This document shows positions 46,115 through 58,754 of a stretch of DNA of 64,000 nt, one piece after another. Location of the stretch: positions 62,001-126,000 of the forward strand of contig OX337233.1 in the NCBI GenBank assembly GCA_946965045.2, written 5' to 3'. Position 1 is the stretch's first letter. Every line of letters begins with the position of its first letter. The DNA comes from Epithemia pelagica. Its lineage: Eukaryota; Protista; Bacillariophyta. Both the position numbers and the translations under genes were made by a program. Below the pieces are notes generated by a model, which saw nothing but the letters and a program-made list of their open reading frames with translations, did no database searches and was not told where the DNA came from.

Positions 46115-49100
46115 TCCATCAACCTCGTTCCGGCGCTCGCCCCTTCCGACCCGGGACACCGAGAGGACCAATGCAAGGGATCCTTCTGTTCCCCCTCTAC
46201 CTGCTTCTGAAGCTTGGGGGGACGCCTTAGCCACATCCCCACCCGATAATGTCCTTCGGGTAGTGGCCCAAAACGTGTCTGGCCTGCCTCTATCGGCCAA
46301 CCATCCCAAGTATGCTGATTTACAAGAATTTATACTCGACTATTCTATCGATGTCTTATGCCTTTCCGAGATTAATGTTGCTTGGCACACCCTGCCGGAA
46401 CCGCAGCAGTTTCCCCACATCGTCCGCCCATGGTTTTCGTCGGTCTTTTCGAAGGTGGCGTGGTTCTCTGACCGGGATGTGCAGTCCACTTTCCAACGAG
46501 GAGGCGTGGGCATGATCGTCCGTGATAGCCATACAGGACGTATTTGTGGCTCTGGCTCCGATCCGACAGGTTTGGGGCGTTGGGTGTGGGTCCGCTTGAG
46601 GGGGCACCATGGTTCGATGTTGCGAATCATCAGTGCGTATCGCCCAGTGAGTAACCCTCGGGATGCGGGATCCACGTGGTCCCAACAAGCCCGGTTTTTT
46701 GAGTTGACCGACCCTCCCCGAATGGAGGATCCCCGTGCTCTGTTTCTTACGGATCTACAGCTTATGCTTCAATCCGCCTACGACGATGGTGAACAAGTTC
46801 TCTTTTCCCTAGACGCCAACGAACCGACACTGTGGGAGCCTGATAATGTCCTTGATTCCACCGTTGCCCCCGTAGCCATGTCCAATCTGCACTTTGGCCG
46901 GCATGACCGTACCACGGCTCCCCCAACACACAACCGTGGCTCCAGACCCATCGACGCGATTTATGGCTCTACCCCGTCTCTTACGACGGCGTTGTGTGGC
47001 TATTTCCCTTTTGGCCAGGCCCCAGGCGATCATCGCGCGCTCTGGGTGGACGTTCCCCTAGTGGATATTTTCGGAGTGGCGTCGTGCCCAGTTGTCCCCC
47101 GGGTTGCTCGCCGGTTGCAATGCCGCGATCCTCGTGTTGTACGCCGCTACCAACAGACCCTGGATACGTTTTACCACCATCATAACGTCCCATCCCGTAC
47201 ATTCGCGTTGGAAGAGTCCATCGATGGTCCCTTATCAACGGATCAGGCCCGCGAATGGGAGGCCCTTGACGCCTTACGGGTCCAAGGAATATTCTTGGCG
47301 GATCGGAAGTGTCGGAAGCTCCGTACTGGTGCGGTTCCGTGGTCTCCCGTGCTCGCTCATGCTCTAGCGGTGCATCGGTTCTGGGATCGTCTTTACACCG
47401 CCTCTGCGGGTCGTCATGTGAGTCGTAAGTTGTTGACTCGGTTGGCATCCAAAGCCGGCATGGAAGTACCTGTTGCCATGCCTGAGGAAGAGATTTTACT
47501 GCATCGAACGGCCGCCTGGCAGGAATACAAACGCCTCAAGCGCAATGCGCCTCAAGCTCGCCAGGCCTATCTTCAATCCCTTATTGCGGCCCGCGCGGCT
47601 GAAGGTTGGGACTCCGCGGCGACGGGATTATCGAATCTTCTCCGTCGGGAGCAACAACGGAAGGATGCTCGTCTCCTTAAACAAGTGCTCTCCCCCACCT
47701 CCCGCCGCGGTTTAACGTCCGTAGAAGTCCCCTCGGGGCCCGGTGCGTGGGAAGATGGTGAATGGAACGGGGCTTGGGTCACAAGGACGGACCGCGACGG
47801 CATGGAGACTGGATGTTTGGCCGAGAATGACCGCCGTTTCAACCAAGCTGCGGACACGGATTTACTTCAACCTGCCGTGGTCACCGCTCTGGGTCCGACC
47901 GGCACCTCTGAGCTCTCAGCACGCATTCTCGCTACGGGCGACGCATCGGACTTGACGGACTGGGTCTCCCCTGAAGCCGCCGTTTATCTTTCCCACCACC
48001 GCCGTCCCTCGGTCCTAGTGGCACCCCACCCTTTCGAATTGGATTTCCGTACGGCATCTTATAGTCGGTCGTGGCAACGCATGGATGAGTTTACGTCGTC
48101 CGGCCCCTCCGGATTACACTTTGGCCACTTTATGGCGAACAGTCTTTCCCCCCTACTGGGGTCTGTCGATGCCTCGCTCAGCCGTATTCCGACCATCTCC
48201 GGTTACCTTCCGTCTCGTTGGCAACAAGGGCTAAACGTGATGCTTGAGAAGAAGCCCGGTGTTGTGAAGGTCTCGAAGCTCCGCACCATACTGTTGTATG
48301 AGGCGGATTACAATCACAACAACAAGTTGATGGGGCACGCGATGATGCGCTACGCCGAGGCCAACTCCCTGTTAGCCCCCGAACAGTACGGCAGCAGACG
48401 GGGCCACAGTGCCATATACCAGTGCCTTAACAAGGTGATTACGTTTGATTTGTTTCGTCAAACGAAGCGCCCGGGCGGCTTGTGCTCCAACGATGCCAAG
48501 TCTTGCTATGACCGGATTGGTCATAGCTCCGCTGGCTTGGCTATGCAACGCTGTGGCGTTCCGGCTCCCCTCGTCGATTCCGCTTTGGGTCCCATCCAAC
48601 GTCTTCGTCACTTCATCCGTACGGCTTATGGTGATTCGACGACATCGTTCTCCGCCGCGGGTCACGAGGTGCCTGTTCAAGGGATTGGCCAAGGGAATGG
48701 AGCGGGCCCTGCTATTTGGGCCGTTGTCAGCACTCCGATTTTTAATGCTATGCGACAACGCGGCTATGGTTTATTCCTAAAGTCTCCTACGTCGGGCAAT
48801 ACGTTTGTTTTTGTGGGTTATGCGTTTGCGTTTGTAGATGACACAGACCTTGTGGTGGATGGCCTTCATTGTTCCGCTAGTGCCAGCCAGGTTGTCGACC
48901 GTCTTCAGGCCAGTGCCAACTTCTGGGAAGCGTCACTGCGAGCTTCTGGCGGAGCCCTCTCGCCTGCAAAATGTCATTGGTATCTCATAGACTACCGGTG
49001 GGTCCATGGCAAGTGGTGTTTGGTGTCCCCCGATGAGTCCCCTGCCACGGTTTGCATTCGTTCGCCCTCGGGCCGAATTGTTCCCATCGAACGAGTGGCT

Positions 49101-51885
49101 CCCACCGAAGCCAGGAAAACTTTGGGGGTTTGGACGGCGCCTGATGGCGCCATGACCGCCGAATTTGACTATCTTGCGTCCAAGGTCAAGCACTGGACGG
49201 AACGTATCCGTGTCCGTCGTCTGCCGCACCACCTGGTATGGCTGTCGCTTCACACTGGGATCTTTAAGACCCTCACCTATCCTTTGGCTGCTACCACGTT
49301 CTCTGACGCCCAATGCCGGGCCCTGACCTCACCCCTTTTGCAAGTTGGTCTCAGTCGGTCCCACATCGTTCGCTCGATGCCACGGGCAGTGGTCCATGGA
49401 CCAGTGTCCTCTGGTGGGCTCGCGGTGCCGGACTTGTTCGTCGAACAGGGCGTGGCTCATTTGACGGCGTTTCTCTCCTTCGGCCGCTCCTCTACGTCCA
49501 TTACAGGTTTCCTCCTACGTAATTCCTGTTTCTCCAGGTGGAACTTGGCACACCGAATCACCCCTTTCTTTTGGATTACTCGTCGTGGTCTCAATGCGTT
49601 GTTCCCACTTGGTGTTCTCACTTATGGTCCTTCTGTTCCCAGTACAACATTGGTCTTCCCTCGCCGATTGCTGCTCTCCCCCCCCCCCCCCCCCCCCCCT
49701 ACGAGTTGGTGACACTTTCCTGATGGCAGCCTTCTGGTCCCACGGCATTCGATCTCCTAGCACTCTTGCGCGCCTCAATGCCTGCCGCTTGTTTTTGCGG
49801 GCATGTACCCTGGCTGATATTACCTCGGTTGATGGCACGCATATTCTGCTATCCGCTTGGTCTGGAACGGCACCGTGCAACCGTCGTCTTCACACGGAAT
49901 GGTGGCCGCGATCCCCTCCATCCTCGGCCTTAGCGTGGCACGAGTGGCGGGAAGCTCTTTCCCTCACCTTTGGCGTGGAGCCCCGGTTTCGGCGGGTCGA
50001 CTCCACCTTGGGCTCTTGGTTAGTCCCTCACGTTCTGTCGGCCTTGTTTCTCTATTGCCCCTCTTGGAATCGACTTTTTGTTCCTCGTTTCGATGGCACT
50101 TGGTCTATGGCGATTGCTCGGCCGGTGCGCCGGAGTCGCTCGGTGTTTATGGTCACTCCTGACAAAGTGTCGGTAGCCTCCTTGGTCCTTTATCCGCCCG
50201 TCTTCGCGGCGGACGTCCATGGTTCCGCGGATTCGCCGATCCTCTTGCATGTTGACACCCTCCCCTTGGATATCCAGGTTCTCTTCCAGTCGGTCCCTCG
50301 TTCCCCTCCGTCTTTTACGTGGGATGTCCCAGAGGTCTCCCAGGTTGCCGCGGTGTGGTTTGCGTCTCCTCCCCCTGACTTTCTTCCGAAATTGTGCTCA
50401 GCTATTGCGAGTGGCTCATGTGCGACTTTCTCTGATGGCTCTGCCCGGGAACAGCAGCAAGGAACGTGTGCATGGGGTCTGGCATTGGATGGTTCTACTC
50501 TTGTTGATTTGGCGGCTGGTTTCCGCGTTCCGGGCCCTGCTGGTTCCCAGTGTTTGTTCCGGAGCGAGCTTGCGGGCCTCATTGGGATTGCGAGCCTTTT
50601 ACGGGCAGTTTCGCGCTATGTTCCGTCGTTATCTGGATCGGTGTTTTTTGCCACGGATAGCGACTCGGTTTTGAGTCGCGTGTTTCGTCGCCCCGCTCCG
50701 GCTACGGTGGCGGATCATAGCTGGGACCTTTTGTCGTATTGCCGCAAGTTAATCGATGCGATGCCTCAGATCCGCTGGAAGAGTTTCCATGTCAAGGGAC
50801 ACCAGGACAATGGTGATGGCGATCTCGATATTTGGGCCCAACGGAATATCTACGTTGATTCTTGCGCCTCCGAGGTCTACTCCTGCGTTCCGTCTACTTG
50901 CTTTCCATGTTTTGCCACGGCCCCTCTACCACCGTCACGGGTAGGGGACAACGAGGTTGTTTCCTCCTTGGCCCCGGCTGTCCGATCGCATATCCTCGAC
51001 GCCCCCTTACGTGATCATTGGTCTCGGCTTCGAAGTTGGCCCCCACAGGGTGTGCCCATTGTGGATTGGGCCTCACGGGCGCTGGCATTGCAGTCAATTC
51101 CCCAGAATCGGCGCCACTGGGTGGTTAAACACACAGCAACTCGGTCTGCCATCGGCGTTGAAATGGTTCGCCGTCGTAAATGGCGTCAGCCCACATGCCC
51201 TCGGTGCGGTGCAGCCGTGGAAACCGCTGATCACGTCCTCCAGTGTCCCCACCCCGACTCTGTTGAGATCTGGCACACAACGTTGCGCAGCCTTGATCGC
51301 TGGATGGCTTTACGCCACACCCAACCGACGATGGCAAGGTTGATCCTGGCGTACCTACGCTCGTGGGTCGAGGGGACGACGTACGACGCCCCCTTTACCT
51401 CCGTTCCAGGGCTTCGCGAAGCTGTCGCGGATCTGGAAGTTTTGGGTTGGACGGACGCGGTTTTGGGTTTCTGGTCTTGGCGATGGGCGGAGGTGCAACA
51501 GGCTCATTACATGTTCCTGGGCAAACGGTACTCCGGACGACGCTGGCTTGTGCTCTTGATCCAACAAATTTGGAATACGTCGTGGGATCAGTGGGAACAT
51601 CGGAACGCTATCTTTCACGCGGCGGAGGTTCTCCGCCTCCAAGCGGAACGCCGAGCAGCCATCCAAGCGGCTTACTCTGGCCCTCTCCGCTCCTCCCCTC
51701 GTTTTCGTCTTCTTTTCCGCCGCCCTTTGGATCGTCGGCTGCAGGATCCTGCCCACATCCAATTGGCTTTTTTACGACGTCTCTCCACTCCAGTGGCATC
51801 GGCGGCTTCCCGGGCCCTTCGTCTTCAGCAACGCTGTTTTCGCTCCTATTTCCGGTTCTCTCGGGCTCGGCATACCTCGTCTTGA
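46041..51885 (+). pseudogene. LINE ORF2 (APE endonuclease-RT-RNase H-Zn knuckle) with two frameshifts
   Basis: Motifs QNVSG, SEIN, DANE, GDHRAL; SNDAKSCYDRI, GIGQGNG, FVDDTDL; FSDGSA, RSELAG, TDSDS, VKGHQD; CPRCG...HVLQC. Frame changes at ~49525 and at the poly-C tract 49678-49699. Confidence 0.9.
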
Positions 51886-52747
51886 GTTGGTGGAACCGTC
51901 CCTGTCCTTGTGACTGCTGGGACCGTTAACCTTCTCCTTTTTGTATTGGTGATCTTTACTGTGTTGCATTTCTCTTTACCCCATCATTTTTCTACATGTC
52001 TTGCATTGGTCGACTGGGCCGGGCGGGATTCGTCTCCCCTAGGTTCACCAGCGACGTTAAAGCCTCCGGCAGTTTAATTTAAACTAATCAATGAGTTATT
52101 ATTATTATTATTACTATCTGGGTAATCCAGATCATGACAGGTCCCCTGATCTCAATCCATTCAGTAACTGTCGAGAATGACACCTTGTGCCCCCTCACAT
52201 GGTACACTACTTTCAAACAACCATATTTAATCCTCCGTAGTAGAGACGAGCGAAAGCCGCAACCTATTGTAGGACAATCGGCACTGGAAAAGTATTGTGC
52301 CTAACCTGTATAGTCGACGAGTGTGCAGTGGCACAGTCTGCAACAAAAGTCACTTTTGCTGCTCGAATGGCCTCTAGACTTGGGCCGCACAAGCCACCCG
52401 CACTGTCGACCGTTGGGATCGTAGTACACTGTGTCATACTCCATCACGGATAACGTCATCCTTATTCGTCGCAAACAACAAATCATAAGTACAAACGAGT
52501 GTCTGATGGTCTCTCTGCGAGAGTCGCCGAACTTAAAGTACATCCTTTGTGGAGAACGATGATGCGAGTGTTTCAAGTGGGTGTCTTTCGGGTTTGCTTT
52601 GATATTGGAACTGCTGGATCTAACTGTCTGCTTTTGCAAGTTTCCTTGCTGCGTGTGCTCTTCATCAAGTCATTTCCAAAATTCATTCTTATACCATACG
52701 CGGCTTAAATCCGCATAAATCAGGGATTATCAAACTCAAGCAGATCT

Positions 52748-52980
52748 CTACTTCTCGACTTTCTTCTTCTTGTATGGGTTGCTAACGGCTTTCTGTTGCT
52801 GTGGCTCATCCATTCTCGGAATGCTGACCTCCGGTACATCCAAAGAATTCCAGAACTGGCTGAGCTCGGTTCGCAAGCCTTGGTACTGGAAGAAGGATGG
52901 ATCAAATAAGACAGCATGCTCGTAGTGTTTCAACCGAGAAGCTTGGGTATAGTTGTAAGATCCAACCATAGCTCCAGCAC
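52748..52980 (-). pseudogene. PLD-superfamily nuclease-like gene, 3' part (after the Copia B insertion)
   Basis: SAGAMVGSYNYTQASRLKHYEHAVLF carries the GSxN and downstream Glu of the HKD motif; continues in frame from 59210 once one TSD copy is removed. Confidence 0.8.
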
Positions 52981-52986
52981 TGGTAA

Positions 52987-53441
52987 TGTTGTTTTCCTTA
53001 CTAGCGAGTAAAGAAAAGGACTCTTGTTGCAAAATTGTGTGTCTACGGTATTAGGTACTACGTCTTCGTTCCCTACTGTCATCGATGCGTTGAATCGTTG
53101 GTGGAGACGTTGTGTCACCAATTTGGGCGACGAGATGTGTCATGGACGGGCCTGCCACCGTTCGTGGGATATCGCTGCCTCTAAGTATCTTCTGATTCAC
53201 TTAGGGCCATGGACCGTTATGACAATGGTCATGGGATCCCGTCCTTAAGAACGACAATCGTTACATAGGCATTGTCGATCGTTACATAGGCATCGTCGCC
53301 TGGATCCATCGTCCGTCGTTTTTGCATTTTGTGAAAGGTGGTTCGATGATGCGTTGGGCCTAATGGAGTCATGAGGTTTGCGTCTGCGGTCCCCCAAGGT
53401 CCCCATCAGTTACATATGCCCGCATGTACAATATTCGAACA
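52987..53441 (-). repeat. 3' LTR of Copia B
   Basis: Direct repeat of 58755-59209. Confidence 0.96.
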
Positions 53442-53452
53442 CTCCCTCACGC
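53442..53452 (-). other. Polypurine tract of Copia B (GCGTGAGGGAG)
   Basis: Purine-rich run immediately 5' of the 3' LTR. Confidence 0.75.
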
Positions 53453-53467
53453 AGCGTGAAAATCTGA

Positions 53468-56400
53468 CTACCAGCCCATAATACGCGTGCGATGCCGCTC
53501 GAACGTCTCTTTATCCAGTGCTTTGGTAAAGATATCCGCGGTCTGCAACTCCGTATCGCAAGGGAGGATCGTAATCTCTTTCTTCTCGACATAGGACTTG
53601 AAATGAAATAGCTTGGTACAGAGGTATCGCGTGCGTGGTCGATACTTATAGACCGTAGCCAATTCGTAAGCTCCGTTATTGTCTTCAAAAGCTCGACAAT
53701 GTACTCTGGGTTGTGTTGACAGAACAGGGAAGCCGAGTGATTTCATCTCTTTCGTAATGTGCATAAGTGGAATGACTGTACGCAATGAAGTAGAGAGGCT
53801 GATAATTTCCGCTTCCGTTGTGGACAGTGCAATCTCGGACTGTAACTTTGATGCCCACACTATGGGACAACCTCCATAAAAGATGACATATCCGGAACGG
53901 GATCGGGCCATGTCTGATCGTGGTATATCTGTCTTGTTGAAGTTGCCACAAAAATCGGCATCGGCATAAACGTCGAAATTTTCCTTGTCCTGTGGTTTGA
54001 GCACTAGTCCTCGTGACCGTGTACCAGCGAGGTAGCGCCCAATCTGCTTTACTGCTCGTCCGTGTACCTGCTTTGGATTCGCGGAAAAGCGTGCACATTG
54101 ATGTACTGCGTAGGATATATCAGGTCGTGTACTTTTCTCGAGGAAATTCAGTTTCCCGATGACCGAGCGATAGTTGAAGTGTCCATCAAAGGGCTCCCCA
54201 TCATCATCGGCGCGCATCTTCACTGTAGTTGCTGCCGGCACGTCGCGAGTATTCGTGTCCGCTGGTAATCGCAGATCATCAAGGATAGCGTCGATCAAGC
54301 GAGTCTGGGAGAGGTGAAGATGTCCGGTCTGTTGTTTTGTAATGTTGACTCCAAGAAAATCTTCAACTCCGTCTTCATATGTAATCTTAAGCCCAATGTC
54401 CTGCATCTGGGTGATGATGTCATCGAGTTCTTGTGGATCAGGCCCTGTTAAGATGGAGTCGTCTGTGTACAGGATATAGAGGCTGCGTCCTTTGTAGAAG
54501 ACACATTCATCATGATCACTCTGTTTGAATCCCACTTGTTCCAATTGCTGTACTAGATGTTTATTCCAGACACGCGCGGCCTGTTTCTGACCGTAGTAAT
54601 TCCGTTTAATCTTCTTGAGAACAAAATCTTCGGCTCGTTGTTTTCCGGTCGTGTCGAATGTAAACCCTCTAGGTGCCTCCATGTACATATCAGTTTCCGC
54701 CACGGCTTGAGTATAGGCGAGGACATAGTCTATCTGCTTCATCGCCCATCCGTGCGAAATAGCCGTCGTTAAGACATAGCGGACCACAGGCCATTGGACT
54801 ACGGGAGCATAAGTCTCCCAATAGTTCACTCCTTTGGTCTGTCTTGATCCATCAAATGCCAAGCGTGACTTCCATTTATAGATTTCACCTGTCTGCAGTT
54901 TCCGCTTCCGGACACAACTCCATACTGCTCTAGTCACATAGCTACCCGGTGGTATATCTTGTCGTCGAACCACTTCCCAGAGACCGTTTGCGGTGTGATC
55001 CTGGACCTCCTTTTGGGCAGCCTTTATAAATTCCAATCGATCTGGTTGTCGCATGGCTTCGTGCCAATACATGACATCTGGATTTGCTTGGGCCTGTGCG
55101 GTCATGGAGATCAACCCAGGTAACGTCACTGCCAGCTCACCTAGAGGATCTAGGTCGTCCCCCAAGGAATCCATATAGTCTTGATATCGCATAGTTGGTT
55201 TGGGTTGTCGTTGTGACCTGCGGACTCCAAAGGCTCCCTCATTTGTCGGCTGGATTAGCTCTTCGTTGTCGATTGGTAACGGAACTATAGGCGGCTCCTC
55301 TAGGGTAGAATTGTGATCTACCTCCCTCATTTGTGAGGGTAGTTGTGAGTCACGTGTGTGGGTAGTGTGGTGATCTGGTTGGGACTGATCCATGGTTTTA
55401 CCCTTGCGGAACCCGGCCTTCTGCTGCCAGTAGGAGACAGGTTGTGCTTCCCCGAAACTACGTCGCATAGTCTCAAAACGGTCATCATATTGAACATGGA
55501 ATTGGGGCGAAGATAAACCGGAGGACAATGAGAGAATAAGCCCCACGGTTCTTGAGTGTTGGGCAGAGTATCCCAAGAAGATACCAACCCGAGAGCGTTC
55601 GGACCATTTGGGAATCCCTTTTCCTGATTGTAGAGCATTGTCTAGGACATAACTTGGACATCCAAATGTATGCGCATGTCGCAAGTTGAATCGTGCTGGG
55701 GAACCAGAGAAGAGTTCCAAAGGCGTCGTTTTCTTATGTTTCGCCATAAGTGCAGAGTTGAAGATATCCGATGCATAGCGTACTGCATAGGGCCAGAGGT
55801 TCGGAGTAATAGCAGAGGGCCATCGACGATGTGCATGGAGTAGCATAGTCCGTGCTGAATCTTGTAGGTCCCTTATGCGCCTCTCGGCCATACCGCTCTG
55901 AAAATGCGCGTTGACTCCGCTGAACGTCAAGCGCTGTCCTTTGTCTCTTACTGCTTTGCGAAATTGGTTGTCAGCAAAAATGCCGTTGTCTGCATGATAG
56001 TGCATGATTGCGACCCCGTGCGTATCCGCCCATGCTTCAAATCGCTCCTTTGCTTCGATGGTATCTGCAGCCGACGTCGATCGTTGTAGGTGGACGTACC
56101 CTATACCAGAGTAGTGGTCCACGAAAACAGTCGCTACCCGATATCTATCGCGTGTTGGAGTACCTCGTAAGTGGGCAATATATCCTGGTGTTGTCGATAT
56201 GAGTTGGTCAACCGATACACATTGGCCTGGACGAGTCATAACATCCAGTGTACCCCTTGTACCTTTCACTCGCCATGGTTTCTTCGTCGCTTTCCCGTAC
56301 ATACAGGCTGTACATGCTGGAACAGCGCATGAACCGAGTCGCTTGGGCAATTCACCTCGTCGTGCCATTTCTTGAATCTTAGCAAATGACAGATGGCCGA

Positions 56401-57470
56401 GCCGATGATGAACGCGTAGGAGTTCAACCGTCGGGTTTTCGATTGGCACTTCTTCTTCATTGGGAATCACATGTACCACTTTTTTCATCTTCGAAGAGAA
56501 AATCCGTGGTGATGGGCTGATCCTGTTGTGGAAAATACTGTTCGTTGTGCTCGTCATCCATGTCAAATTCTACATCGTTGGAATCTTGTTCGATCTGGGC
56601 GCTTGGTGAGTTCTCATTGATGCTTTCGTCATCCTCGATCAGATTCGCATGACTAACGATCGGTGGATTCTCATCTTCTTCCTCCGGTGTCGCGTGTACT
56701 TTGCAGCAGAAAGCATGGAACTTGAGCATACCGTTTGCAGTGTACAGCTGTCCCACGTTTGTCCCTCTTCGATTGAGTGGGATGGTTCTCGTGTATTCGC
56801 GTTGGTTCCATTCGAGAATGATGTTGTCAGCTGTGGTGATGCAGCGAGTGCCATCTGGATTCGGCTTGTGGTCTTTGGCTACTTGTGCCCAGTGTTGGGG
56901 AGAGAAAAGTCTGTTGGAGGTCGATGGTATGTAGAATGATCGAGGCAGGACGAATGTATGGATGGCACCGTTGTCGTCTTCGAAGTGCCACTTGATCGTC
57001 GTGGAGTAGATTTCCGTTTTGAACAATCCTGCAATGCCCTTGATCTTTCTTCTTACGGGTTGGATTGCTGTTATGCAGTCGGTGATATCGTTTGTGATAG
57101 ACGATGTTGCACAGTTGTCAACAAACACGGGCTGGCTATCGGAGTCGAACTTGACTTGATGTGCTGCGGCTGGTTTGCCTGTTATCGGAGCTGCGAGTAT
57201 TGTTGCCATGCATAACATTCGCATTGTTTGTCTATTCCATCTTGGTTTCCTTGTTTGTCGTCGTATCCTGTTGCTATTGCATTTTGGTGTTAGAAACCAT
57301 AGCTTAGGCCGCAGACTCGTCTTGTCATCTTGGGAAGGGTTAGCCGACCTAGCATCATCATCACTATATACTAGGACAGACATGTCGAGGATTGTTGTCA
57401 CTAGTAACATATAGATGAGCTGCTCGACCGTCTTGTAGAACAGCCCGAGGAATGACCTCGGGTCTCGTTG
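53468..57470 (-). pseudogene. pol: Copia B pol (PR, IN, RT, RNase H) with a 1-nt insertion in an A6 run at 56480-56485
   Basis: ORFs 56457-57410 and 53468-56566; motifs HHRLGH, YADADF, STTEAE, ADIFTK. Copia A has A5 (GAA AAA GTG) and an open frame at the same site. Confidence 0.92.
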
Positions 57471-57473
57471 TCA
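57444..57473 (-). other. Putative readthrough signal of Copia B: TGA CAA CGA GA followed by hairpin CCCGAGG-TCATT-CCTCGGG
   Basis: Pol continues in the gag frame immediately after the stop; hairpin stem identical to Copia A. Confidence 0.7.
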
Positions 57474-58712
57474 CTCTTCGTCAGAAGATTCTTCTTGGGC
57501 CGGTAGATCAGCTAGAGCACTCGCGAGGCGAAGGGCAGGAGTTGTACCATCATTGTTCTTCTCGGCATGAGCTAGATCATAGGCCTTCTTTTTCTCGCCG
57601 GTTAAGCCCCGTCCGTTGCACGTGTTGGAAGTGTGTTTCTTGTTGAGTGACCATTTTTCATGCCACTTACACCAATAGTACATTTTTCCGTTGACTTCTT
57701 TTACTTCTGGGCCTCCCTCATGTGGCCCAATGGTGAGCCACGATTCTTTTGCTGATTCTTTGGTCTTTTGCTCGCCCTGTTTGGATCCCTTGGTCGTGGA
57801 CAGCGGGGCTGTTTTTCCTTTCTCCATCTTCTTGACTTTGGCCTCAAGGGCAATAATCTTCTGGTCACGTTCGGACAGAGCCTGCCATTTCTTCGCTTCT
57901 ACCAGGCCTTGGTACTTGAGACGGGCCCAATCCATGAGTTGCGTCGCCGAGAGATTCGGAGAATCTCCTTCTTCGTATGCGTTCTTTCGACGACGGATCA
58001 TCTCCAAGAAGTTCTCATCACTCACAGTCTCATAAGCTTTGAAAAGGTTAGGGAGTAAGTCCAGCGTTCGTTCACCGCGGGCATGCAAACCTTGAAGAGT
58101 AGCCTTCACATAGGAGTTGAACTTGATGATGTCACCGTTGAAGTCTGCAATATGAATATGCAGATCGGACAAGCGCTGGCGAAGTACCATCACGGTCGCC
58201 TCGGTATCCACATACGCGAGGGAAATGATCACTTTGAGAAGAAGTGGACCACTGCCAACGTCGTCAATAATAAAGTCTTCGCGTCGTAGATTTACTTGCG
58301 CCTTCGCATCGTCGTTGAGCGACGCCATCAAACACATGTAGGACATGTAGGAATTCTGAGAAATCCTGTTCTGTCCGATGAAACTATCGACGTAGGTGCG
58401 AACCTGGGCGAGCGAGACGCGACCGTAGGCTTGAGTCAAGAGATGCGTAGGTGCTGGTGGCGGTGCTGGTCCAGCCGCTGGAGGAACCACAATGTGTTCG
58501 GGAATGGAAAAGGTGCTGGTCCAAGACTGTTCGACGATCCGATCTTGGAATGAGTCGAGAAATGTCTTCAGCCCTTCCGCGTGGAGATCGTAGAGATCAC
58601 CACCGTCAAAGAGTCCAGTCGTTGCCTGCTTGTAGAGCTTTGCTCCAGCTGCCGTTGCAAAGTTCACGATGTTGTTCGCGTTTGCGTTAGCGGGAGAGAT
58701 TGCGAAAGCCAT
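57471..58712 (-). CDS. gag: Copia B Gag, 413 aa
   Basis: Start MAFAISP at 58712 by homology with Copia A; the 59-aa upstream extension in the ORF track lies in the PBS and LTR. Confidence 0.92.
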   Translation of the reverse strand: MAFAISPANANANNIVNFATAAGAKLYKQATTGLFDGGDLYDLHAEGLKTFLDSFQDRIVEQSWTSTFSIPEHIVVPPAAGPAPPPAPTHLLTQAYGRVSLAQVRTYVDSFIGQNRISQNSYMSYMCLMASLNDDAKAQVNLRREDFIIDDVGSGPLLLKVIISLAYVDTEATVMVLRQRLSDLHIHIADFNGDIIKFNSYVKATLQGLHARGERTLDLLPNLFKAYETVSDENFLEMIRRRKNAYEEGDSPNLSATQLMDWARLKYQGLVEAKKWQALSERDQKIIALEAKVKKMEKGKTAPLSTTKGSKQGEQKTKESAKESWLTIGPHEGGPEVKEVNGKMYYWCKWHEKWSLNKKHTSNTCNGRGLTGEKKKAYDLAHAEKNNDGTTPALRLASALADLPAQEESSDEE

Positions 58713-58740
58713 GGCAGACGATGGACGTGTGCTGTCTAAA

Positions 58741-58754
58741 GCGCAGAGGAAGCG
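58741..58754 (-). other. Primer-binding site of Copia B (tRNAi-Met D-arm complement)
   Basis: Identical 14-mer to Copia A, abutting the 5' LTR. Confidence 0.7.

Larger units (their letters stand above)
43202..52111 (+). mobile_element. Full-length non-LTR retrotransposon (L1/Ambal-like, RNase H-bearing), ~8.9 kb
   Basis: 16-18 bp TSD (TA)CTATCTGGGTAATCCA at 43184-43201 and 52112-52129; 3' (TTA)n tail; ORF1 plus ORF2 with APE, RT, RNase H and CxxC...H...C. Confidence 0.93.

Noticed and set aside
52301-52639. 112-aa ORF downstream of the PLD-like gene as a partner gene
   Set aside because: No recognisable motif, no homologue in the window, and length compatible with chance.
56480-56485. Programmed frameshift at GAAAAAAG in Copia B pol
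   Set aside because: A +1 shift would be needed rather than the -1 such motifs promote, and Copia A has A5 with an open frame; this is a homopolymer mutation or sequencing error.
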